Shown: positions 1 through 9,100 of the stretch, in pieces
Position numbering within the stretch: the stretch's first letter is position 1
Layout: every line of letters begins with the position of its first letter
NCBI GenBank assembly: GCA_016699205.1
Contig: CP064964.1
Coordinates: forward strand, 780,001 to 812,000
Origin: Candidatus Saccharimonadota bacterium
GTDB taxonomy: Bacteria > Patescibacteriota > Patescibacteriia > 2-12-FULL-60-25
Direction: 5' to 3'
DNA: 32,000 bases
Made by a program: the position numbers and the translations under genes
Notes under the pieces: model-generated
Database searches by the model: none
Seen by the model: the letters and a program-made list of their open reading frames with translations, nothing else
What the model was told of the DNA's origin: nothing

Positions 1-1660
1 AGTTACCTTCACCAATGCCACCGGCACCAATACGACTTCCACCAATCTTTTTGGTTCGAACCTCGGTTTCTCAAACGCTACAGGAACCTCTTTGAACACA
101 AACACGCTTAATGCCGGTTCTGTCACCTTCGGCACGGCAACGGTTTCAGGCCTGACGTCTCTCCAGAACACGACGCTAACAAATGGAACCTCGACGAACT
201 TTGCTTCAACTGGATTGCTTTCGTTCTCGACGGCAACGGGTACCCAGATTCTTGCGAATATTGGTACGTTCTCGACGGCAACCGTCATGGGCGTCGCTGT
301 GTGTTTGCAGAACGGTGTTGGTTGTCCGAGCGGTACGGTTCTTTCCGATACGCTTCAGTCGGTCACGGCTCGCGGATCATTTACAACAACGACGGTTCAG
401 TTCTTTGGCGGCCTCACCACTTCCAACCTCACCGCCACCGGAACGACCTCACTTCAGAACACCACGGCCACCAATCTCGCTTCGACTGGATTGCTCTCGT
501 TTGTTTCAGCGACTGGCTCTACGCTTAACGCCAACTTCGCTTCCTTCGCTTCTGCAACGGTCGCGGGACAGGGGATCTGTCTCCAGAACGGTGTTGGCTG
601 TCCTTCGGCTGCCGCTGAAGCCGATACCCTCGCTTCGGTCACGAACCGTGGAGCCTTTGCGACCACAACCCTCACGCTCTTCGGCGGCCTCACCACTTCC
701 AACCTTACCGCCACCGGAACGCTCTCGGTTACAGGCGTTTCCTCCCTTGCCGGCGTTACCTTCACCAATGCCACCGGCACCAATGCCACGACGACGAATT
801 TCTTTGCGACTAATCTCGGCTTCTCAAATGCTACGGGCACTTCTCTGAACGTGAACGCGTTGTCTGCTGGCTCGGCTGTGCTTGGCACGGTGACCGTTTC
901 CGGCTCTACCTCGCTTCAGAACACAACTCTCACGAACGGAACCTCAACGAACTTTGCTTCGACAGGACTTCTCTCGTTCTCAACCGCGACTGGTACCCAG
1001 ATCCTCGCGAATATCGGTACATTCTCGACTGCCACGGTTTCTGGTATCGCGGTCTGTCTCGCGAATGGCGTTGGTTGTCCGAGTGGAACGGTACTTTCCG
1101 ATACCCTCCAATCCGTCACGGCTCGCGGCAGCTTCACGACGACCACGGTTCAGTTCTTTGGAGGATTGAGTGCGTCGAATATTACCGCGACCGGAACCAC
1201 ATCGCTCCAGAACACCACTGCAACGAATCTTGCTGCTACTGGATTGCTTTCGTTTACTTCAGCCACGGGAACTTCGTTGAATTCAAATAATGCCGCGATT
1301 GGAATTTTGTCTTTTGGTAGCGCGACCGGTTCTACGCTTAATACGAATTTCGCATCCTTCGCTTCTGCAACGGTCGCGGGACAGGGGATCTGTCTCCAGA
1401 ACGGTGTTGGCTGTCCTTCGGCTGCCGCTGAAGCCGATACCCTCGCTTCGGTCACGAACCGTGGAGCCTTTGCGACCACAACCCTCACGCTCTTCGGCGG
1501 CCTCACCACTTCCAACCTTACCGCCACCGGCACGCTCTCGGTTACAGGCGTTTCCTCCCTTGCCGGAGTTACCTTCACCAATGCCACCGGCACCAATACG
1601 ACTTCCACCAATCTTTTGGTTCGAACCTCGGTTTCTCAAACGCTACAGGAACCTCTTTGA
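1..1660 (+). CDS. giant repetitive surface-fibre/adhesin-like protein, fragment 1 of 3 (5' end outside window; closed by a 1-nt frameshift)
   Basis: The frame with codons starting at nt 2 has no stop from the window edge to tga 1658-1660, so the gene starts upstream. The ttg at 92 used by the ORF track is an internal Leu codon in the recurring ...[13 protein letters not shown]... junction. It encodes T/S/N/G-rich ~250-aa modules with CLxNGxxC loops followed by DTLxSVTxRGxF. The stop appears only because the T-run at 1614-1617 is T4, whereas the identical sister copies at 48-52 and 3118-3122 have T5. Confidence 0.85.
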   Translation, partial: VTFTNATGTNTTSTNLFGSNLGFSNATGTSLNTNTLNAGSVTFGTATVSGLTSLQNTTLTNGTSTNFASTGLLSFSTATGTQILANIGTFSTATVMGVAVCLQNGVGCPSGTVLSDTLQSVTARGSFTTTTVQFFGGLTTSNLTATGTTSLQNTTATNLASTGLLSFVSATGSTLNANFASFASATVAGQGICLQNGVGCPSAAAEADTLASVTNRGAFATTTLTLFGGLTTSNLTATGTLSVTGVSSLAGVTFTNATGTNATTTNFFATNLGFSNATGTSLNVNALSAGSAVLGTVTVSGSTSLQNTTLTNGTSTNFASTGLLSFSTATGTQILANIGTFSTATVSGIAVCLANGVGCPSGTVLSDTLQSVTARGSFTTTTVQFFGGLSASNITATGTTSLQNTTATNLAATGLLSFTSATGTSLNSNNAAIGILSFGSATGSTLNTNFASFASATVAGQGICLQNGVGCPSAAAEADTLASVTNRGAFATTTLTLFGGLTTSNLTATGTLSVTGVSSLAGVTFTNATGTNTTSTNLLVRTSVSQTLQEPL

Positions 1661-3165
1661 ACACAAACACGCTTAATGCCGGTTCTGTCACCTTCGGCAC
1701 GGCAACGGTTTCAGGCCTGACGTCTCTCCAGAACACGACGCTAACAAATGGAACCTCGACGAACTTTGCTTCAACTGGATTGCTTTCGTTCTCGACGGCA
1801 ACGGGTACCCAGATCCTCGCGAATATCGGTACGTTCTCGACTGCCACGGTTTCTGGTATCGCGGTCTGTCTCGCGAATGGCGTTGGTTGTCCGAGTGGAA
1901 CGGTACTTTCCGATACCCTCCAATCCGTCACGGCTCGCGGATCATTTACAACAACGACAGTTCAGTTCTTTGGCGGCCTCACCACTTCCAACCTCACCGC
2001 CACCGGAACGACCTCACTTCAGAACACCACGGCCACCAATCTCGCTTCGACTGGATTGCTCTCGTTTGTTTCAGCGACTGGCTCTACGCTTAACGCCAAC
2101 TTCGCTTCCTTCGCTTCTGCAACGGTCGCGGGACAGGGGATCTGTCTCCAGAACGGTGTTGGCTGTCCTTCGGCTGCCGCTGAAGCCGATACCCTCGCTT
2201 CGGTCACGAACCGTGGAGCCTTTGCGACCACAACCCTCACGCTCTTCGGCGGCCTCACCACTTCCAACCTTACCGCCACCGGAACGCTCTCGGTTACAGG
2301 CGTTTCCTCCCTTGCCGGCGTTACCTTCACCAATGCCACCGGCACCAATGCCACGACGACGAATTTCTTTGCGACTAATCTCGGCTTCTCAAATGCTACG
2401 GGCACTTCTCTGAACGTGAACGCGTTGTCTGCTGGCTCGGCTGTGCTTGGCACGGTGACCGTTTCCGGCTCTACCTCGCTTCAGAACACAACTCTCACGA
2501 ACGGAACCTCAACGAACTTTGCTTCGACAGGACTTCTCTCGTTCTCAACCGCGACTGGTACCCAGATCCTCGCGAATATCGGTACGTTCTCGACTGCCAC
2601 GGTTTCTGGTATCGCGGTCTGTCTCGCGAATGGCGTTGGTTGTCCGAGTGGAACGGTACTTTCCGATACCCTCCAATCCGTCACGGCTCGCGGATCATTT
2701 ACAACAACGACAGTTCAGTTCTTTGGCGGCCTCACCACTTCCAACCTCACCGCCACCGGAACGACCTCACTTCAGAACACCACGGCCACCAATCTCGCTT
2801 CGACTGGATTGCTCTCGTTTGTTTCAGCGACTGGCTCTACGCTTAACGCCAACTTCGCTTCCTTCGCTTCTGCAACGGTCGCGGGACAGGGATCTGTCTC
2901 CAGAACGGTGTTGGCTGTCCTTCGGCTGCCGCTGAAGCCGATACCCTCGCTTCGGTCACGAACCGTGGAGCCTTTGCGACCACAACCCTCACGCTCTTCG
3001 GCGGCCTCACCACTTCCAACCTTACCGCCACCGGCACGCTCTCGGTTACAGGCGTTTCCTCCCTTGCCGGAGTTACCTTCACCAATGCCACCGGCACCAA
3101 TACGACTTCCACCAATCTTTTTGGTTCGAACCTCGGTTTCTCAAACGCTACAGGAACCTCTTTGA
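1657..3165 (+). CDS. giant repetitive surface-fibre/adhesin-like protein, fragment 2 of 3 (internal, bounded by two 1-nt frameshifts)
   Basis: It has the same module sequence as fragments 1 and 3. It lies in the -1 frame relative to fragment 1 (start positions 92 mod 3 = 2, 1657 mod 3 = 1). After the G3 run at 2889-2891 (G4 in sister copies at 571-574, 1384-1387 and 3641-3644) the translation turns into P/R/S-rich nonsense ([19 protein letters not shown]...) and stops at 3163-3165. Its ttg start is again the internal SLNTNTL Leu codon. Confidence 0.8.
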   Translation: MNTNTLNAGSVTFGTATVSGLTSLQNTTLTNGTSTNFASTGLLSFSTATGTQILANIGTFSTATVSGIAVCLANGVGCPSGTVLSDTLQSVTARGSFTTTTVQFFGGLTTSNLTATGTTSLQNTTATNLASTGLLSFVSATGSTLNANFASFASATVAGQGICLQNGVGCPSAAAEADTLASVTNRGAFATTTLTLFGGLTTSNLTATGTLSVTGVSSLAGVTFTNATGTNATTTNFFATNLGFSNATGTSLNVNALSAGSAVLGTVTVSGSTSLQNTTLTNGTSTNFASTGLLSFSTATGTQILANIGTFSTATVSGIAVCLANGVGCPSGTVLSDTLQSVTARGSFTTTTVQFFGGLTTSNLTATGTTSLQNTTATNLASTGLLSFVSATGSTLNANFASFASATVAGQGSVSRTVLAVLRLPLKPIPSLRSRTVEPLRPQPSRSSAASPLPTLPPPARSRLQAFPPLPELPSPMPPAPIRLPPIFLVRTSVSQTLQEPL

Positions 3166-6100
3166 ACACAAACACGCTTAATGCCGGTTCTGTCACCTTC
3201 GGCACGGCAACGGTTTCAGGCCTGACGTCTCTCCAGAACACGACGCTAACAAATGGAACCTCGACGAACTTTGCTTCAACTGGATTGCTTTCGTTCTCGA
3301 CGGCAACGGGTACCCAGATTCTTGCGAATATTGGTACGTTCTCGACGGCAACCGTCATGGGCGTCGCTGTGTGTTTGCAGAACGGTGTTGGTTGTCCGAG
3401 CGGTACGGTTCTTTCCGATACGCTTCAGTCGGTCACGGCTCGCGGATCATTTACAACAACGACGGTTCAGTTCTTTGGCGGCCTCACCACTTCCAACCTC
3501 ACCGCCACCGGAACGACCTCACTTCAGAACACCACGGCCACCAATCTCGCTTCGACTGGATTGCTCTCGTTTGTTTCAGCGACTGGCTCTACGCTTAACG
3601 CCAACTTCGCTTCCTTCGCTTCTGCAACGGTCGCGGGACAGGGGATCTGTCTCCAGAACGGTGTTGGCTGTCCTTCGGCTGCCGCTGAAGCCGATACCCT
3701 CGCTTCGGTCACGAACCGTGGAGCCTTTGCGACCACAACCCTCACGCTCTTCGGCGGCCTCACCACTTCCAACCTTACCGCCACCGGAACGCTCTCGGTT
3801 ACAGGCGTTTCCTCCCTTGCCGGCGTTACCTTCACCAATGCCACCGGCACCAATGCCACGACGACGAATTTCTTTGCGACTAATCTCGGCTTCTCAAATG
3901 CTACGGGCACTTCTCTGAACGTGAACGCGTTGTCTGCTGGCTCGGCTGTGCTTGGCACGGTGACCGTTTCCGGCTCTACCTCGCTTCAGAACACAACTCT
4001 CACGAACGGAACCTCAACGAACTTTGCTTCGACAGGACTTCTCTCGTTCTCAACCGCGACTGGTACCCAGATCCTCGCGAATATCGGTACGTTCTCGACT
4101 GCCACGGTTTCTGGTATCGCGGTCTGTCTCGCGAATGGCGTTGGTTGTCCGAGTGGAACGGTACTTTCCGATACCCTCCAATCCGTCACGGCTCGCGGAT
4201 CATTTACAACAACGACAGTTCAGTTCTTTGGCGGCCTCACCACTTCCAACCTCACCGCCACCGGAACGACCTCACTTCAGAACACCACGGCCACCAATCT
4301 CGCTTCGACTGGATTGCTCTCGTTTGTTTCAGCGACTGGCTCTACGCTTAACGCCAACTTCGCTTCCTTCGCTTCTGCAACGGTCGCGGGACAGGGGATC
4401 TGTCTCCAGAACGGTGTTGGCTGTCCTTCGGCTGCCGCTGAAGCCGATACCCTCGCTTCGGTCACGAACCGTGGAGCCTTTGCGACCTCAAGTGTCACGT
4501 TGTTTGGAGGGTTAACGGCTTCGAATTTCACTGCCACAGGAACTGCCTCGCTCCAGAGCACGACGGCTACAAATTTGGCAGCAACGGGACTCCTCTCATT
4601 CACTTCAGCGACAGGGACGACTCTTCGTGCGAATACTGCCGTCATCGGACTCCTGACTTACGGCAACGCCACAGGCGCCACACTTAACGCTAATGTGCTT
4701 TCTGCAACGACCGTTACTTCAACGGCGATGTTCGTGAACGGAGTTGCTGTTTGTCTTGCTAACGGCACGAATTGTTCGACGGCAGGTCTTGATACCCTCC
4801 AATCCGTCACGGCTCGCGGCTCCTTCACGACGACGACGGTTCAGTTCTTTGGCGGATTTGTTGCGGCCTCATCTAGTGTTACCGGAACGTTTGTCGTCGT
4901 CGGATCTTCTTCCTTGCGTAATGTCGACTTTACGGTTGCGACGGGTACAAGTGTTACAACCACCAACCTTTTTGGCACGAATCTTTTCTTCACTGGTTCG
5001 ACGGGTACAACGCTCGCAGTCACTCGTGGAACGTTGGGCAGCTCTACAGCGACCAATTTGTTTGTTGTCAATCTTGGCTTTATTGGATCTACGGGAACCA
5101 ATCTTCTGGCTACTGGATCCGTATCTACTACTAATCTTTTTTCAAATGCAGCCACCTTTGCAACGGCGACTGTTGCGGGACAGGGGATTTGTCTTTCCAA
5201 TGGCGTTGGCTGCCAATTTACGAGTACGGTTGGTCTCGATACGCTCCAGTCGGTCGTGGCTCGCGGAGCTTTCACCACCACGACGGCACAGTTCTTTGGC
5301 GGTCTTTCGACGAGCGATCTCACCGTAACATCGACCCTTTTGGTTACAGGCGTTTCCTCCCTTGCCGGCGTTACCTTCACCAATGCCACCGGCACCAATG
5401 CGACGACGACGAATTTCTTTGCGACTAATCTTGGCTTCTCGAGTGCTACCGGTGTTACCTTGATTTCCAACAACCTTACGGCAAACACCGCTTCTTTTAC
5501 GACGGCTACGGTTGCAGGAATCGCGGTATGTCTTGCTAACGGATCATTCTGTCCTCCGTCCGTTACGCCGAATTTACAAGCCGTAACTAATGTCGGAAAT
5601 GTTACGACAAATACGATTCAGTTTGCTGGAGGTACATCGACTGCTAATTTCTTTGTTCAGCGAAACATGGGTGTTGGTACATCAACTGGTTCGTTGACGA
5701 CGCGTCTTGCTCTTCAGTCATCTTCTACAAATTCAGAAGTGTTTCGTGTCTACAATACGTCTTATCGACCGATTCTCGCACTTGCAGAGGATATTTCCGG
5801 AAATGGACAGTTTATTTTGCGAGACTCGTCGGGTAATACGAGGGCAGAAATTTATGGTGCTCCAAATGGCTTCATGAATTTGTATGATTCGACCGGTGGT
5901 ACGGATTTCTCCTTCTTTTCTGGAAATGATAGTTATATCAACACAGGAGCATTCTTTGGTATTGGTACAAGCGTACCGAGCAGTACGCTGCATGTTGTCG
6001 GAGGAACGATTTTGCAGGGGAATACGACGGGTACCAATGTTACGTCAACAAACCTTTTTGCTACAAATATTGGATTTATAACAGCAACGGGTACCCAGAT

Positions 6101-9100
6101 CCTCGCAAACATCGGTACATTCTCTACGGCGACGGTTTCTGGTGTCGCTGTCTGTCTTGCGAACGGTGTTGGTTGTCCGAGCGGAACGGTGCTCTCCGAT
6201 ACCCTCCAGTCCGTTACAGCTCGCGGAAGCTTTACGACGACCACGGTTCAGTTCTTTGGAGGATTGAGTGCATCGAACCTCACCGCCACAGGTACGACCT
6301 CACTTCAGAACACGACGGCAACCAATCTCGCTTCGACTGGATTGCTCTCGTTTGTCTCGGCGACCGGCTCTACGCTTAACGCCAACTTTGCTTCCTTCGC
6401 TTCGGCTACCGTTGCCGGACAGGGGATCTGTCTTCAGAACGGCGTTGGTTGTCCTTCTGCCTCAGCTGAAGCTGATACCCTCGCTTCGGTCACGAACCGT
6501 GGAGCCTTCGCGACTTCATCTGTCACCTTGTTTGGAGGGCTAACGGCTTCGAATCTCACTGCCACAGGAACCACATCGCTTCAGAGTACGACGGCTACAA
6601 ATTTGGCAGCAACGGGACTCCTCTCATTCACTTCAGCGACAGGGACGACTCTTCGTGCGAATACTGCGGTTATCGGACTCCTGACTTACGGCAATGCTAC
6701 AGGTGCAACGCTTAACGCTAATGTACTTTCTGCGACGACCGTTACTTCAACGGCGATGTTTGTGAACGGTGTCGCTGTCTGTCTTGCGAATGGAACGAAT
6801 TGTTCGACGGCAGGTCTCGATACCCTCCAATCCGTCACGGCCCGCGGAAGCTTTACGACGACCACGGTTCAGTTCTTTGGAGGATTGAGCGCGTCGAACA
6901 TCACCGCCACCGGAACGACATCTCTCCAGAACACCACCGCTACGAATTTCGCTTCGACTGGATTGCTCTCGTTTGTTTCAGCGACTGGCTCTACGCTTAA
7001 CGCCAACTTTGCTTCCTTCGCTTCGGCTACCGTTGCCGGACAGGGGATCTGTCTTCAGAACGGCGTTGGTTGTCCTTCTGCCTCAGCTGAAGCTGATACC
7101 CTCGCTTCGGTCACGAACCGTGGAGCCTTCGCGACTTCATCTGTCACCTTGTTTGGAGGGCTAACGGCTTCGAATCTCACTGCCACAGGAACCACATCGC
7201 TTCAGAGTACGACGGCTACAAATTTGGCAGCAACGGGACTCCTCTCATTCACTTCAGCGACAGGGACGACTCTTCGTGCGAATACTGCGGTTATCGGACT
7301 CCTGACTTACGGCAATGCTACAGGTGCAACGCTTAACGCTAATGTACTTTCTGCGACGACCGTTACTTCAACGGCGATGTTTGTGAACGGTGTCGCTGTC
7401 TGTCTTGCGAATGGTATTAATTGTACAAATGTTGGCCTAGACACCCTACAGTCCGTGACGGCCCGAGGATCGTTTACGACAACGACCGCACAATTCTTTG
7501 GCGGTTTTGTTGCCGCTTCTTCATCCGTAACGGGAACATTTTCCATCTTTGGAGGTGACGGTACCACCGCTGCTGCACCAACGGCATTCCAAGCGCACGG
7601 AGGTACCGGAGGTATTTTAGGGACGACGGGATTCGCGGGAGGCGCGCTGACGTTGACAGGTGGCACAGGTGCCAGTACGACCTTACTCACTGCGGGTGGA
7701 CAAGGTGGATCACTCAATTTTATTGCTGGAAACGGTGGAGGAGCAGGGGCTGCACTTGGTATCGGAGCTACAGGAGGCGGAATCAATTTAACGGCTGGCA
7801 ACGGATCTTTAGGTGGTCTTGGAGGAGCAAATGGTAACGGTGGCAATATTACATTAAATCCTGGAGCGGGTTTTGGAACAGGTGCAGTAAATGGAAATAT
7901 TATTCTTGCGAATTTGAGAGGAAGTGTCGGAATTGGAACGACGAATCCGTTAGCAAAACTTGAGGTCCAAGGTGTTGTCTCATCGACCGGATTACTTGTT
8001 GCTTCGGATGCTGCTATTAATATTCCATCTGTTATTAAGGGTTTTGAGGGGCAAACGGCTAATTTGACTGAATGGAGGAATGCATCAGGCACACCATTGC
8101 TTGCCGTTACTGCGAGTGGCAGCTTGTCGTTTCTTACACCTACCGGAACGATTGTGATGGTATCGACAGGTACGCTGAATATTTTAGCCGGTACGAGCAC
8201 GGCGCTCTCGATGAGATATTTGAATGATAAATTCGGAGCGGCGTTGAATGCCGGTGCTTTCATGGACCGCAACTCGGCACTCCAAGAAGAATTTAATAAG
8301 CAGCGAACGGCTATTGCCGCTGATACCACAGGTGCTGCAGGCGCTGCATTTGGTGATGGAGGCGGTTGGGGTGTTTATGAAAATGGAACCTGTAATGTCA
8401 CGGCTTTGGCAGATACGGTGAATGGCATTATGCGCTTGGCGAAGTCTACCTTTGGCGGTGACGGCTGTTTGGTGATGATGGATGAAGCTTTGAATAACCC
8501 AAGAAGCATTTTTGATGCGGACAATTTGCCGGTGCTTCTCATGAAGATTCGGCCGAGTGCTATTGGAACAAATACGGATTATATTTACTCCGGTTTAGGT
8601 GACTCGACGGATGCTTTGCTTGCCGCCCCGACCAACTTTATCGGATTCGGAAACAGCGGTTCTACGACATGGGTCGGTTTGACCCGAAGCGCTGGAGCCC
8701 AGACGCAAGTCACTTGTACGGGCCAAACAATTTCTACGGCGAACTTCGCCCTGCTTATGGTCGAGGTCCGTTCAGCTACGGATGTCCGTTTCTTTGTTGA
8801 TAACGATGTGACGAACGGGGTTGACTTCGTTGAATGTGGAACGGGAAGCCAGACAAATATCCCGACCATTGCTCTTGCGCCGCAAATTCACTGGAATGAT
8901 GGTGCTGGCGATGCGACGACCAACTTGGATGTCGACTTTTTCCGTGCTTGGCAGGACGACGCTCCGGAAGAAGGTGGTAGTACGACAACGACTCCGAATT
9001 TCTACAGCATGTCGACTTTGGCGCAGTATTTCCCTGCGGATGACGTGAATTTGGTGCCAGGAACCGTGGTTTCCATTGACACGACTGCTACAAGTATCAA

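Larger units (their letters stand above)
1..4487 (+). repeat. tandem array of ~1.5-kb coding repeat units (periods 1,566 and 1,504 bp), each built of two ~753-bp half-units
   Basis: The string agttaccttcaccaatgcc recurs at 1, 1567 and 3071. Block-by-block comparison shows 1-1020 identical to 3071-4090; the first mismatch is a1021 versus g4091. Unit 1 carries an extra 60-bp segment (SLNSNNAAIGILSFGSATG, about 1275-1335). The third unit diverges after about 4487. The array continues past the left window edge. Confidence 0.95.

Noticed and set aside
1614-2891. Phase variation or programmed ribosomal frameshifting as the explanation for the two frame breaks
   Set aside because: The runs are only 4-5 nt (T4/T5, G3/G4), much shorter than typical contingency-locus tracts. 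No slippery heptamer plus downstream structure is evident. The same kind of -1 lesion also hits a KH-domain gene and a secretion ATPase, so consensus error is more parsimonious. It cannot be excluded without reads.
92-3165. Treating 92-1660, 1657-3165 and 3162-12149 as three paralogous genes each starting [10 protein letters not shown]
   Set aside because: The 'M' is a ttg Leu codon inside the repeated ...[13 protein letters not shown]... junction. The frame is open upstream of 92 to the window edge. The 4-nt overlaps arise from ctttga read in two frames after single-base run-length changes.
92-4487. Enrichment of N-x-S/T glycosylation sequons in the T/S/N-rich modules
   Set aside because: I counted 8 sequons in the first ~250-aa module (about 3 %). 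That is what roughly 9 % Asn times roughly 35 % Ser+Thr predicts by chance, so there is no signal beyond composition.
183-5488. Dozens of 60-220-aa ORFs in alternative and antisense frames across the repeat array, for example 183-848, 454-888(-), 1748-2413, 3253-3918 and 4841-5488(-)
   Set aside because: They recur only because the underlying DNA is repeated. Their translations are P/R/S- or V/A/E-rich low-complexity strings typical of off-frame readings of ACN/GGN/TCN-rich codons. The forward frame shows synonymous-only divergence, which identifies it as the selected frame.
1-7439. CRISPR array or diversity-generating retroelement target/template pair
   Set aside because: The repeat periods are 621-1,566 bp of continuous coding sequence with no short direct repeats and unique spacers. 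No reverse transcriptase or cas gene is in the window. Differences between copies are not adenine-specific.
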